Shown: positions 40,216 to 50,342 of the stretch, piece after piece
Layout: every line of letters starts with the position of its first letter
Position numbering within the stretch: the stretch's first letter is position 1
From: Rhodobacterales bacterium
GTDB lineage: Bacteria; Pseudomonadota; Alphaproteobacteria; Rhodobacterales; CAZPXZ01
DNA: 64,000 nt
NCBI GenBank assembly: GCA_965219495.1
Contig: OZ244777.1
Span: 93,193 to 157,192, forward strand
Direction: 5' to 3'
Program-made: the position numbers and the translations under genes
Notes under the pieces: model-generated
What the model was told of the DNA's origin: nothing
Database searches by the model: none
The model's input: the letters and a program-made list of their open reading frames with translations, nothing else

Positions 40216-41320
40216 ACGACAATTATAGCACAATCTTGCCCGTTGCAGGGAGCTTGAACGACGAGCGTTTCCAGCCCGCAGGAATTCGATTCGTAGCCTG
40301 AAATCTGCCAAGCCGGGCGAGGAATTTGAGGAGGAGCATTGGCGGTGGGCGTCGCTCGCACAACTGTCTGCGTGCTGGTGTCCGAGAAGCCAAGCATTTG
40401 CTTGTCGGAAGGCCTGGACAAAATCATCTTGCGCCGCGCGAACCTGCGTGACGGTCGGCAAAGACTTTACCCTCGCGACTTGCCGGTGGTTCTTACTCCA
40501 GGGGTCGTCGCTCGACCTGTTATGGCAAAGATCATGTACCCGAAAAAGCGAGTATTCTCTCGAACAAGAGACTACGATACGCGGAATCGTTCGGGCGTTC
40601 GCCCGATTTCGCCCGGGTTTGCAACAGATATTTGCCTGCGCAAGGGATTTCGCAATGCTGCTTCTGAAACGCTGAATGGTTGGAAATCCTTCAACGGAAT
40701 CGAGCGCCGCAGGTGCGAGGCGACGGGATATCACAACTTTGAGTGCGGAAATTTGGGAAGGGCATTCGGGCCGAATTGGCGCGTATTTCCGTTCGTAGCC
40801 CTCCGCTTGCGACACAGGCATGGAAGAGAGGCCTGCCGTCTGAACCACGCCAAAGTCTACCAACATTTGCGGTCGTGTAGACGCGATTCGGGACTGGCCG
40901 AACAGGCGCACCAGGTAGGGAGTGAACGGGAGGGACGCCTCCGACTCGCGCAACCGTTATTCTCTCGTCTTCGAAATGGTTCGGATCTGGTGCCACGGGA
41001 GAATCAACCGAATTTTGGAGGCGCCGAACGCGATCACAATTGGACTCACCCGCCGCAGAACAACGCACTCACTTGCCCTATTGAGATTGGCAGCGACTTG
41101 ATTCAGACCGTTGCGCAACAAGAGGCTTGTCGTGACTCCCTCATACGGGTGGAAGGGAATTTGAAACTTGGCGGTTTCGCACGAAATCTTCAGGATATGG
41201 GCGAAAGGCTTGCCGAGCATTCTCACGCAAGGTTCTAGAAGTTGTGGAATCCCGCAATTGGTCGCCAACGCCGAGTTTGCCCGCTAATTTGGCGGGAAAG
41301 GGAGTTGGAGTGCAGGACGC

Positions 41321-43549
41321 ATGAGGGCTGAAGCGCAAGAGTCGGATTGTCAGGCAGCGGATTTTCTGAATTCGGGGCCGGGGCCAGGCATATGCGCGGA
41401 TTTCGATCTTGGTTCGCCGGCTCGCTTCTTCAACCGTGAACTTTCATGGCTCGCATTCGATTCAAGGGTACTGGACGAAGCGGAGAATCCGGTTCATCCG
41501 TTACTTGAGCGAGTGCGATTCTTGGCAATTTCCGGCGAGAATCTGGACGAATTTTATACGGTTCGAGTCGCCGGCCTGCTGAATCTTGCAAGAAGCGGCC
41601 ACGAACGACGTAGCATCGACGGCCTGACGCCTTCGGAGCAGCTTGAGAAAATTTCCGAATATGTGCGGACGCTTGAAATGCGTCAGCAGGCCGCTTGGGT
41701 TCGTCTGAAGCGGGAACTGAGGAACGCTTCGGTCGTCGTGTTAGAGACCGATGAACTCGATGCGGCCGACCAGGCATGGCTGGATGAATACTTCATCGAT
41801 CAGGTCTTGCCCCTCTTAACTCCGCTCGCGGTCGATCCAGCGCATCCGTTCCCGTTCATCCCGAACAAGGGGCTGGTGCTCGCAATGCGTCTTGCCAGTC
41901 AGGAGGAAGCGACTGGAGCCGAAGACAGCCTGAATGCCCTTCTGCCGATTCCCAATGCAGTGGAACGGTTCGTGCAGCTGCCGCAGAATTCGGATTCAAG
42001 CCCTTCCGCTCGATTTCTACGCGTGGAAAGTCTGATCTTGCATTACGTTGACCGGTTGTTCCCCGGCTATGTGACCTCGGCCGCGGGATTGTTCCGCGTT
42101 CTGAGGGATTCAGACATCGAGATCGAGGAAGAAGCCGAAGACCTGGTGCGCGAATTCGAAACGGCTCTCAAGCGCCGCCGCCGGGGCGAGGTAATTCGCC
42201 TGAGCATGGAGGCAAGGGCGCCGGAAGACCTGAAAGAACACGTTGCCAATGAACTGGGCGTGTTGCGGTCCGACATCGCCGAAGACGAGGGGCTGATCGG
42301 GCTCCCTGACCTGTTTCACCTGGTGGCTGCCGAATTTCCAAACCTGGTTTGGCAGCCTTACGTGCCGCGGATGCCCGAGCGGGTTCGCGATTACAACGGA
42401 GATATTTTCGGAGCCATTCGCCAAAAAGACATGCTGCTCCACCATCCGTATGAATCCTTCGAAATCGTCGTGAATTTCCTACGGCAGGCGGCACAGGATC
42501 CCGATGTGGCCGCCATCAAGCAGACGCTGTACCGAACCTCCAAAGGCAGCCCGATCGTCTCAGCGCTCTGCGAGGCGGCGGAAGCGGGGAAATCCGTTAC
42601 TGCCGTCGTGGAACTGAAAGCCAGGTTCGACGAGGCGGCAAACATCAATCTTGCGCGGCAGTTGGAGCGCGCAGGCGTTCAGGTCGTATTCGGGTTCGTG
42701 GAGTGGAAGACCCACGGCAAGGTCTCGCTCGTCGTACGACGGGAGGGTCGGGAGTTGGTTCCCTATACGCACTTCGGAACCGGGAACTACCACCCGATAA
42801 CCGCACGCATTTACACGGACCTCTCCCTGTTCTCCTGCAACCGTGTGCTTGGTCGGGATGCGGCGCGGATATTCAATTACATCACCGGCTACGCGACGCC
42901 GCAGGGAATGGAGGAAACTGCGGTTGCGCCGGTCAATCTGAAGACCACAATACTTGAGCGGCTGGAAGAGGAAGTTACCCACGCGGCAGCGGGCCGGCCC
43001 GCTGCAGTGTGGGCGAAACTCAATTCGGTGATACATCGTGAAGTGATTGACGCGCTATACCGAGCGAGTTCCGCGGGCGTGCAAATCGATTTGATCGTGC
43101 GCGGCATTTGCGGTTTGAGACCCGGAATTCGCGGACTTTCGGAAAATATTCGGGTCAAGTCCATAGTCGGGCGCTTCTTGGAACACAGCCGGATCGTCTG
43201 CTTCGGGAATGGCGGCGGCCTGCCGAGCGAGGGTGCGAGGGTGTACATATCTTCGGCCGACTGGATGGAACGAAATCTGGATCGCCGAATCGAGACACTG
43301 GTTGAAACCAGTAACCGTACCGTACGCGCGCAGATACTCGATCAGATCATGGCCGCGAATCTCAGGGACGAGGCGCAGACATGGTTGCTGCGGCCGGACG
43401 GCCAGTTTGTCCGATATTCTTCGACGCCGGAAGCAGCCAATCGAGACGACCTGTTCAGTTGTCACGAGTTCTTCATGCAGTATCCGTCGCTTTCCGGACG
43501 CGGACGTACGGGCGCGGATGATGCGCCTCGGTTGACCACGTCCGGCTAG
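41321..43549 (+). CDS. ppk1: Polyphosphate kinase 1
   Basis: NRELSWLAF, DPAHPFP, LHHPYESF, ELKARFDE, KTHGK, GRFLEHSR, SADWMERN. Confidence 0.97.
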   Translation: MRAEAQESDCQAADFLNSGPGPGICADFDLGSPARFFNRELSWLAFDSRVLDEAENPVHPLLERVRFLAISGENLDEFYTVRVAGLLNLARSGHERRSIDGLTPSEQLEKISEYVRTLEMRQQAAWVRLKRELRNASVVVLETDELDAADQAWLDEYFIDQVLPLLTPLAVDPAHPFPFIPNKGLVLAMRLASQEEATGAEDSLNALLPIPNAVERFVQLPQNSDSSPSARFLRVESLILHYVDRLFPGYVTSAAGLFRVLRDSDIEIEEEAEDLVREFETALKRRRRGEVIRLSMEARAPEDLKEHVANELGVLRSDIAEDEGLIGLPDLFHLVAAEFPNLVWQPYVPRMPERVRDYNGDIFGAIRQKDMLLHHPYESFEIVVNFLRQAAQDPDVAAIKQTLYRTSKGSPIVSALCEAAEAGKSVTAVVELKARFDEAANINLARQLERAGVQVVFGFVEWKTHGKVSLVVRREGRELVPYTHFGTGNYHPITARIYTDLSLFSCNRVLGRDAARIFNYITGYATPQGMEETAVAPVNLKTTILERLEEEVTHAAAGRPAAVWAKLNSVIHREVIDALYRASSAGVQIDLIVRGICGLRPGIRGLSENIRVKSIVGRFLEHSRIVCFGNGGGLPSEGARVYISSADWMERNLDRRIETLVETSNRTVRAQILDQIMAANLRDEAQTWLLRPDGQFVRYSSTPEAANRDDLFSCHEFFMQYPSLSGRGRTGADDAPRLTTSG

Positions 43550-43576
43550 TCGAGCGACCAGGCATGGGAGTGCGAC

Positions 43577-45139
43577 TTGGAAAATCACCTTCTCGAAACA
43601 GAACTCCATGGCTTTCCGCAAGATTCATGCGAGAGTCCTTCGAGCGACGCTCCCGGCTTGGACTATTCGGCGGAAAGCGGGCGCCTGGGCGTAATTGACA
43701 TTGGCTCCAACTCCGTACGGCTTGTGATATTCGAAGGGGAAGGCAGGTCGCCATACTACTTCTTCAACGAAAAGGTCTTGTGTGGACTTGGCAGACGGTT
43801 GGATCAAACCGGACGACTTGATCCGGATGGTCGACGCCGGGCGCTGGTTACAATTCAGCGCTTTCGCGTGCTTTGCGATCGTCTTGGCGTATCGGCGATC
43901 AGGGCCATTGCTACCGCTGCGGTCCGGGAAGCTGAAGATGGCCGGGTGTTTGCGGAGGAAGTTTCTGGCGCAACAGGGATCAGGATCACAATCGCAAGCG
44001 GCGAGGACGAAGGCAGGTTGGCGGCTTATGGAGTCCTGTTGGGCGCCCCGCGTGCGGAGGGGCTTGTTGCCGATTTGGGGGGCGCTTCTCTCGAATTGGC
44101 GGAAGTCGGGAACGGCGAGGTTGGCGAGAGCGCCACGGTTCCGGTTGGACCTCTCCGCCTCAAGAATGGGTACCGAAGCCCTCAGAGAATCCGTTCGGAG
44201 ATCGACAAGCAATTGGAGGCGTGTCCACTTCTGGGGAACAAGTGGCGGCAGTTGTACGTGGTTGGGGGATCTTGGCGGGTTTTGGCGCGTATTCACATGA
44301 ACCGGTCGCGCTATCCACTGCACGTGCTCCAAGAATTCTCCCTTTCACAGAACGAGGCGCGCGCGCTCACCGGTTGGGCCGCGGAGCAATCTGCGGCTGG
44401 ACTGGCGAAGTTCTCCGACGCGTCCGAATCGCGCTTGAACGTGACGCCTTACGGAGCGCAGGTGCTTGCCCGCATCATCAAGCGCGTCAGGCCCAAGCAA
44501 GTGATTCTTTCCGCATTCGGGCTTCGGGAGGGAGTGTTTTATCGCCACCTTGCCGAGAATGTGCAGAAGCAGGATCCGCTCATCGCCGCTTGCCTGGAAT
44601 TTGAAAGACGACATGCCCGCTTTCCCGGTTTCGGGGAAGAGTTGAATCAGTGGCTGCAGCCTCTGTTCCCGACCGCGGACCCTGCGGAACAACGCTTGAT
44701 CCGGGCTTGCTGCTTGGTGAACGACGTGGAATGGCGCGAGCATCCCGATTACCGTGCCGCCATAGCATTCGAGACCATGATGCGTGTAAACATGAGCGGC
44801 GTGAATCATTCCGAGCGAACGTTTATCGCGAGCGCTCTGCTCTTTCGGCATAAGGGCGGGCTCATGAACCTGGATGAGACACGAAGTCTTGCATTGTTGC
44901 GGCACAGTGCGTTGAAACGCGCGGAAATTCTCGGAGCCGCCATCCGGGTCGGGGAAAGCGTGACCGGTTCGACCACCGGGATCTTGCCGCACTGCCCGAT
45001 TGCGACGAGCCGGAAGTCTATCAAGGTCTCGTTTCCGCCATTGTTCGAGAATCTGATGGGGGAATCGCTCGCGCGCGAACTCTCGGGGCTCGGATCGCTC
45101 GTCGGCAAGAAGACACGCCTTCTTGCCGCGGGCAAATGA
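43577..45139 (+). CDS. ppx: Exopolyphosphatase Ppx/GppA family
   Basis: IDIGSNSVRL, ATAAVREA, DLGGASLE, GLREG; follows ppk1. Confidence 0.93.
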   Translation: MENHLLETELHGFPQDSCESPSSDAPGLDYSAESGRLGVIDIGSNSVRLVIFEGEGRSPYYFFNEKVLCGLGRRLDQTGRLDPDGRRRALVTIQRFRVLCDRLGVSAIRAIATAAVREAEDGRVFAEEVSGATGIRITIASGEDEGRLAAYGVLLGAPRAEGLVADLGGASLELAEVGNGEVGESATVPVGPLRLKNGYRSPQRIRSEIDKQLEACPLLGNKWRQLYVVGGSWRVLARIHMNRSRYPLHVLQEFSLSQNEARALTGWAAEQSAAGLAKFSDASESRLNVTPYGAQVLARIIKRVRPKQVILSAFGLREGVFYRHLAENVQKQDPLIAACLEFERRHARFPGFGEELNQWLQPLFPTADPAEQRLIRACCLVNDVEWREHPDYRAAIAFETMMRVNMSGVNHSERTFIASALLFRHKGGLMNLDETRSLALLRHSALKRAEILGAAIRVGESVTGSTTGILPHCPIATSRKSIKVSFPPLFENLMGESLARELSGLGSLVGKKTRLLAAGK

Positions 45140-45192
45140 CGGCAACGTCCGCCGGACCGGCGAACGCAACAGCGGATTCACAGGAGGCTCGG

Positions 45193-45606
45193 ATGCTGAG
45201 ATTTCTTCTGACTGTCTTGACTTGGTGGAACGGGCAGACAGTTGGGACGTGGCTCCATACACGCCGGAAAGGGGTGCGCGTAGGCGAGGACGAGGAAGGC
45301 AACGTCTATTACCAGACCCGCGACGGATCCCGACGATGGGTGATCTACTGCGGTGAGTCTGAAGCGTCTCGAGTGTCTCCCGATTGGCACGGCTGGCTCC
45401 ACCACACCTTCGAGCTTCCCCCAACAGTTGCTCCCTTAAAACGCCAATCTTGGGAACAGCCGCATCAGCCCAATCAGACTGGGCTCCCGAACGCCTATCG
45501 GCCGAAGGGAAGCCTGCACGGATCGGCCAGCAGGCCGCGCGCGACGGGAGACTACGAACCTTGGCGTCCTCCCACTGTTCAGGAAGAAGGCGGAGATGCG
45601 GCGTGA
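45193..45606 (+). CDS. NADH:ubiquinone oxidoreductase NDUFA12-family subunit
   Basis: GEDEEGNVYY, RRWVIY, EASRVSPDWHGWLHH; AGGAGG at 45182-45187. Confidence 0.92.
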   Translation: MLRFLLTVLTWWNGQTVGTWLHTRRKGVRVGEDEEGNVYYQTRDGSRRWVIYCGESEASRVSPDWHGWLHHTFELPPTVAPLKRQSWEQPHQPNQTGLPNAYRPKGSLHGSASRPRATGDYEPWRPPTVQEEGGDAA

Positions 45607-46042
45607 TCTTGTAGAAACGATCGTCGGCGCCCTTGTGATCGTGGCGGCGGTCGGTTTCCTGGTTTATGTGAACCAGGCTTCCGGGGTCGCAAACCAATCG
45701 GGTGGCTTCGAATTGACCGCTAGCTTCCGGAAGGCTGGCGGGCTGTCTCCGGGCAGTGAAGTGAGACTAGCGGGAGTCCGGATCGGTTCCGTGCGTGAAA
45801 TCCAAATCGATTACGAGCGCTATCGTGCGGATGTGCGGTTTCAGATCGCGGGAACCGCAAAAATTCCCGAAGATTCTTCGGCCGAAATTCAAGCGGAAGG
45901 CTTGTTCGGTGGCACGTACATTTCCATAGTGCCGGGCGCATCAACGGAATTTCTCGGGCCGGGCGATTCATTTGAGATAACGCGCGGTTCGGTCGATTTT
46001 CTCGATCTTCTGGGCAAGGCGGTCGGCAGTGGCGCTCGATAG
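45596..46042 (+). CDS. mlaD: MCE/MlaD family protein
   Basis: ETIVGALV, GGLSPGSEVRLAGVRIGSV, GLFGGTYISIVPG. Confidence 0.9.
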   Translation: MRRDLVETIVGALVIVAAVGFLVYVNQASGVANQSGGFELTASFRKAGGLSPGSEVRLAGVRIGSVREIQIDYERYRADVRFQIAGTAKIPEDSSAEIQAEGLFGGTYISIVPGASTEFLGPGDSFEITRGSVDFLDLLGKAVGSGAR

Positions 46043-46811
46043 GCCGTGCAACGAGGATCACTGGGATACCGAGCAATACGCAAATACGGCCCGATTTGTA
46101 TCCGACTACGGTGCGGAACTCGTAGAATTGCTTCAACCGAGGTTCGGCGAGCGCGTTCTGGACATCGGCTGCGGAGACGGTTGGCTTTCACTCCGCATCC
46201 AGTCGCAGGGTGCAGATGTGGTCGGAACGGACGCTTCCCCGAAGATGGTCGAGGCGACCAGAGGTCGTGGAATTGAGGCGCGGCTCGGACGCGCCGAGGA
46301 GCTCGACTTTAGAGGGGAGTTCGATGCCGTGTTCTCGAATGCGGTGTTGCACTGGGTTCCGAAGGTGGACGCGGCGCTCAGGGGCGCAGCGCGTGCACTT
46401 CGCGCAGGCGGTAGGCTGGTTGTCGAAATGGGGGGAAGCGGCAACGTTGATTCGGTTCGAAGGGCTCTGGCCTCCGAACTGAACGCAATGCTTGGCGCAA
46501 ATACGGACTTGACGGAGTTCTGGTATTTTCCAACGGTCGCCGAACATTCCGAACGACTTGCGACTGCGGGTTTCCGGCTGGAGCAAATGCACCTGTTCTC
46601 CCGTCCGACACGGATCGACGCAGGAATGAAACGCTGGCTTGAGACGCTCGCCGCGCCAATTCTCGCAATGGTCCCGGGAGAAGCGCGCGACGAATTCACG
46701 AAACGTGTCGTGGCGAGGCTGGAGTCGACGCTCCGAACGCCAGACGGAAGGTGGACGATTGACTACGTGCGGCTTCGCTATCGCGCCCGTTTGGCAGGGT
46801 CGGCGCCATGA
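46029..46811 (+). CDS. Class I SAM-dependent methyltransferase (Tam-like)
   Basis: VLDIGCGDG, FDAVFSNAVLHW, DYVRLR. Confidence 0.9.
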   Translation: MALDRPCNEDHWDTEQYANTARFVSDYGAELVELLQPRFGERVLDIGCGDGWLSLRIQSQGADVVGTDASPKMVEATRGRGIEARLGRAEELDFRGEFDAVFSNAVLHWVPKVDAALRGAARALRAGGRLVVEMGGSGNVDSVRRALASELNAMLGANTDLTEFWYFPTVAEHSERLATAGFRLEQMHLFSRPTRIDAGMKRWLETLAAPILAMVPGEARDEFTKRVVARLESTLRTPDGRWTIDYVRLRYRARLAGSAP

Positions 46812-47266
46812 ACCGTGGATATCTACCACGCGGTGCGCTCGCGGCATGCCTCTTGTTCGCGGTGCCGTCCGAAATCCCGTTTGCCGCGGAAATCATTGTC
46901 GTGCCTCTCCCGAGTCCTGGCGAAGAGGAGGAGTTGCCGATTCAAGAGTTGGAAGCGCCGGTAAAGAGTGGTCGGTTCGCGATACTTCGCGGGCTCGACA
47001 AGGTGACAGGGAGAGCGGAAACCTTTGAAGTGCCGGTCGGAGGGACGGGTGACTTTGGGCGCCTTTCCGTGAGTGCAAAGGCCTGCGAGGGACGTGCGCC
47101 AAACGAGATGCCCGAATCCGCGGCATTCTTGCAAATCCGGGATACGAGGCTTCCCATCGACGAGCGGCTGGTCTTCAGCGGATGGATGTTCGCGTCATCT
47201 CCGGGATTGTCGGCCATGGATCACGCGCGATACGACGTTTGGGTGCTGAGTTGCAGTATTTCCTGA
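46808..47266 (+). CDS. DUF2155 domain protein
   Basis: LRGLDKVTG, FSGWMFASSPGLSAMDHARYDVWVLSC. Confidence 0.9.
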   Translation: MNRGYLPRGALAACLLFAVPSEIPFAAEIIVVPLPSPGEEEELPIQELEAPVKSGRFAILRGLDKVTGRAETFEVPVGGTGDFGRLSVSAKACEGRAPNEMPESAAFLQIRDTRLPIDERLVFSGWMFASSPGLSAMDHARYDVWVLSCSIS

Positions 47267-47958
47267 GGATTGAGGTCGTCCGGCATCGCCAGAAAGCTTG
47301 AACTTCCGCCTACGGCCTTGAACACCCGTTTCAGGTATTCGTTCTTGGGGATGACTTCTACGCCAAGCGATTTCAGATGATCGCTGGGAAACTGGGTGTC
47401 CAAGAGGCGGAATTTCCCGACATTCAGCCGGGCCACCAGATGGACGAGCGCGATCTTCGATGCGTCGCGCGCTTGGTTGAACATGCTTTCCCCGAAAAAC
47501 ACCCGGCCGATGGAAAGTCCGTAAAGGCCACCAACCAAGCGCTCGCCGTCCCACGTCTCGACGGAGTGCGCAAACCCCAGTTCGTGAAGATCGCAGAATG
47601 CGCGCACGATTGGTTCGTTGATCCAGGTGGATTGGCGCTTGGCGCAGCCCCGAATGATTCCGGAAAAATCATGGTTAACCCTGATTTGCAATCTGGCGCG
47701 ACGGACGCTTCGAGCAAGCGACCGGCTGATTCGCAATCCACCGAGCGGAAGAATGGCGCGTTCCTCCGGGTCAAGCCAATTGACAATCTGCGATTCGCTG
47801 TCGGATGCGACCGGAAACCAGCCAATCGAATACAGTCGAAGAATGCTCCATGAATCGGTGAGGCCGTGCGGATCAAACTCGATCTCCCGAATCGGCGGCA
47901 ATTCGGAAAGTTCCGGAAATCTCAACTCCACTTGGCCTGTTTGTTCCGCGGATGGCAT
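47221..47958 (-). CDS. aat: Leucyl/phenylalanyl-tRNA-protein transferase
   Basis: TWIN, AHSVETW, LVGGLYG, FFGESMF, DASKIAL, LLDTQF. Confidence 0.93.
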   Translation of the reverse strand: MPSAEQTGQVELRFPELSELPPIREIEFDPHGLTDSWSILRLYSIGWFPVASDSESQIVNWLDPEERAILPLGGLRISRSLARSVRRARLQIRVNHDFSGIIRGCAKRQSTWINEPIVRAFCDLHELGFAHSVETWDGERLVGGLYGLSIGRVFFGESMFNQARDASKIALVHLVARLNVGKFRLLDTQFPSDHLKSLGVEVIPKNEYLKRVFKAVGGSSSFLAMPDDLNPQEILQLSTQTSYRA

Positions 47959-47976
47959 CGAGCGCCAGTCTAACGT

Positions 47977-49335
47977 TCAGGTGCCGTCCGCTTCCGCCGG
48001 GTCCCCGATCCACTCTTCAAGGGATCGAATGTGGTAGTCCCCATTCAGGAAGTCGCGCCGTTCCAGGAGCTTGCGGAAAAGAGGGATGGTTGTATCGATT
48101 CCGGAAACCACCATCTCCTCAAGTGCCCGGCGGAGCCGCATCAGCGCTTCTTCCCGGTTGCGTCCGGCAACGATCAGCTTTCCGATCAGGCTGTCATAGA
48201 AGGGCGGAATGGAATATCCCTGATATACGGCGGAATCGAGCCGGACTCCCAGTCCTCCTGGCGAATGGAACTGATCGATTCGTCCGGGGGAGGGCAAAAA
48301 TGTCTCGGGATTTTCCGCATTTATGCGACACTCGATCGCGTGGCGCTGTGGAACCATTTCCTCCTGGGTGAACGACAGGCGCCCACCGTTGGCAATCCGA
48401 ATTTGTTCCCGCACGATATCGACGCCGTAGACCTCCTCCGTGACCGGGTGTTCGACCTGCAGTCGCGTGTTCATTTCGATGAAATGGAATTCTCCGTCCG
48501 CATAGAGAAATTCCACCGTTCCCGCGCCGAGATATCCGATCGTCCTTATGGCCTCCACGGCGGCCGTGCCCACCTGGTTCCGTTCTTCGCTGTTGAGGGC
48601 CGGCGAGGGCGCTTCTTCAAGGATCTTCTGATGCCGTCGTTGCAGCGAGCAGTCGCGTTCGCCGAGATGGATCGCGGCGCCATGGCTGTCCGCCAGCAGT
48701 TGAATTTCGATGTGCCGGGGGTATTCGATGAGTTTCTCAATGTAGACGGTGTCGTCCCCGAACGCGGCGCTTGCTTCTGCCCGCGCAATCAGGATTGCGT
48801 CCCCGAGCGAGTCGTCATCTTGAGCTATCTTCATGCCGCGACCGCCCCCGCCTGCGGCAGCCTTGATGAGTACTGGATAGCCGATATCCCTCGCCAGCTT
48901 CCTGGCTTCGTCCGGGTCCTCGACTGGAACTTCACTGCCGGGCACGCACGGAAGTCCTGCCTGGGCCACGGTCCTGCGCGCGGCGATCTTGTTTCCCATG
49001 AGTTCAATATGTTCCGGGCGCGGGCCAATAAATGTGAACCCGTGTTCGCCGACGATGCGGGCGAATGCCGCATTTTCGGCCAGGAACCCGTATCCGGGAT
49101 GCACTGCGTCCGGACTCGTCAGATCGCAGGCGGCGAGAATGGACGGAATGTTCAGGTAGCTTTGGCGCGAATTGGGCGGGCCAATACACACGCTTTCATT
49201 CGCCAGGCGAACATGCATCGCGTTTTCATCGGCGGTCGAATGGACTGCGACGGTGGAAATGCCCATTTCGTGGCAGGCGCGCAAGATCCGAAGCGCGATT
49301 TCACCTCGATTCGCAATCAGTATCTTGCCAAACAC
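47977..49335 (-). CDS. accC: Acetyl-CoA carboxylase biotin carboxylase subunit
   Basis: ILIANRGEIA, HPGYGFLAENA, GGGGRGM, ERDCSLQRRHQK, EMNTRLQVEH. Confidence 0.97.
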   Translation of the reverse strand: MFGKILIANRGEIALRILRACHEMGISTVAVHSTADENAMHVRLANESVCIGPPNSRQSYLNIPSILAACDLTSPDAVHPGYGFLAENAAFARIVGEHGFTFIGPRPEHIELMGNKIAARRTVAQAGLPCVPGSEVPVEDPDEARKLARDIGYPVLIKAAAGGGGRGMKIAQDDDSLGDAILIARAEASAAFGDDTVYIEKLIEYPRHIEIQLLADSHGAAIHLGERDCSLQRRHQKILEEAPSPALNSEERNQVGTAAVEAIRTIGYLGAGTVEFLYADGEFHFIEMNTRLQVEHPVTEEVYGVDIVREQIRIANGGRLSFTQEEMVPQRHAIECRINAENPETFLPSPGRIDQFHSPGGLGVRLDSAVYQGYSIPPFYDSLIGKLIVAGRNREEALMRLRRALEEMVVSGIDTTIPLFRKLLERRDFLNGDYHIRSLEEWIGDPAEADGT

Positions 49336-49353
49336 GGGCGCTTGGGCCGAAAT

Positions 49354-49857
49354 CTAGGCGAGAATTACGAGCGGGGTTCCGTACTCGACCGGCTCGCCGT
49401 CGGCGACAAGTACTTGCTCGACAACACCGTCGTGCGGGGCCGGGATCGGATTCAACGTCTTCATCGCTTCAACGATTAACAGTGTCTCTCCCTCCTTCAC
49501 CGCCATGCCCTCCGTGACATACGGCGCGGCGCCAGGTTCGGGCGCGAGGTAGGCGGTTCCTACCATCGGGGAAGGCACGGCGCGTTCGTCCTCCTCCGGG
49601 CCATTCGGCTCCGGCCCTCTCGGTTGGCTCGCCGGTCCGCTGGGATGGCCATCACCGGTGGCGATGATCGTCGATGGGCCAAGGGCGGGGAAAGCAATTT
49701 GTTGTCCGGGCGGCAGCTGTCTCGCGAGTCGGACGGATAGCCGTCCTCCGTCTGGAAAAGTTCGCCGCACGGCAATCTCAGCGAGACCGGTTTCCTCCAG
49801 AATTTCCGCAACTTTGCGAACATATGTCATGTCCTCGTCAGCGGTATTCTGGTTCAT
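49354..49857 (-). CDS. accB: Biotin carboxyl carrier protein
   Basis: SPMVGTAY and EAMKT biotinylation motif. Confidence 0.95.
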   Translation of the reverse strand: MNQNTADEDMTYVRKVAEILEETGLAEIAVRRTFPDGGRLSVRLARQLPPGQQIAFPALGPSTIIATGDGHPSGPASQPRGPEPNGPEEDERAVPSPMVGTAYLAPEPGAAPYVTEGMAVKEGETLLIVEAMKTLNPIPAPHDGVVEQVLVADGEPVEYGTPLVILA

Positions 49858-49866
49858 GTGGCTTCC

Positions 49867-50319
49867 TTACTCGCTGGTCCTACGCCGCGCCAGCGCGTCC
49901 AAGGCGTACAGGTATCCGTCGGACCCAAGACCGCTGATGGTCCCGATAACCGCACCCGCTACCCGAGAGACACGGCGATACGGTTCGCGAGCGCTCGGGT
50001 TGGAAAGATGAACTTCTACAACCGGGCAGGAACAGGCGCGAATAGCGTCGAGAATTGCAATGGATGTATGGGTGTAGGCGGCCGGGTTAAGAACGACGCC
50101 GATGGCGGAATTTGATGCCTCCTGGATCCAGTCCACCAGTTCTCCTTCTAGATTGGTCTGGCGGAACACCAGGCGCAGGTCGAGTGATTCGGCGCGCACC
50201 CGGCAAAGCGCTTCGAGATCAGCGAGCGATGCGCTGCCGTACATGTCCGGCTCGCGCGTGCCCAGGAGATTTAGGTTTGGACCATTCAGCACGTAGACCG
50301 AGGATCGGGATACCGTCAT
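49867..50319 (-). CDS. aroQ: Type II 3-dehydroquinate dehydratase
   Basis: LNGPNLNLLGTREP.MYG, NPAAYTHTS, EVHLSN. Confidence 0.96.
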   Translation of the reverse strand: MTVSRSSVYVLNGPNLNLLGTREPDMYGSASLADLEALCRVRAESLDLRLVFRQTNLEGELVDWIQEASNSAIGVVLNPAAYTHTSIAILDAIRACSCPVVEVHLSNPSAREPYRRVSRVAGAVIGTISGLGSDGYLYALDALARRRTSE

Positions 50320-50342
50320 ATTCGATTTCAGACTCAGCAGGC

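Noticed and set aside
48031-49479. Long antisense ORFs such as the 482-aa frame opposite accC and the 317-aa frames opposite the IS1595 transposase
   Set aside because: Shadow frames expected opposite real genes in GC-rich DNA.
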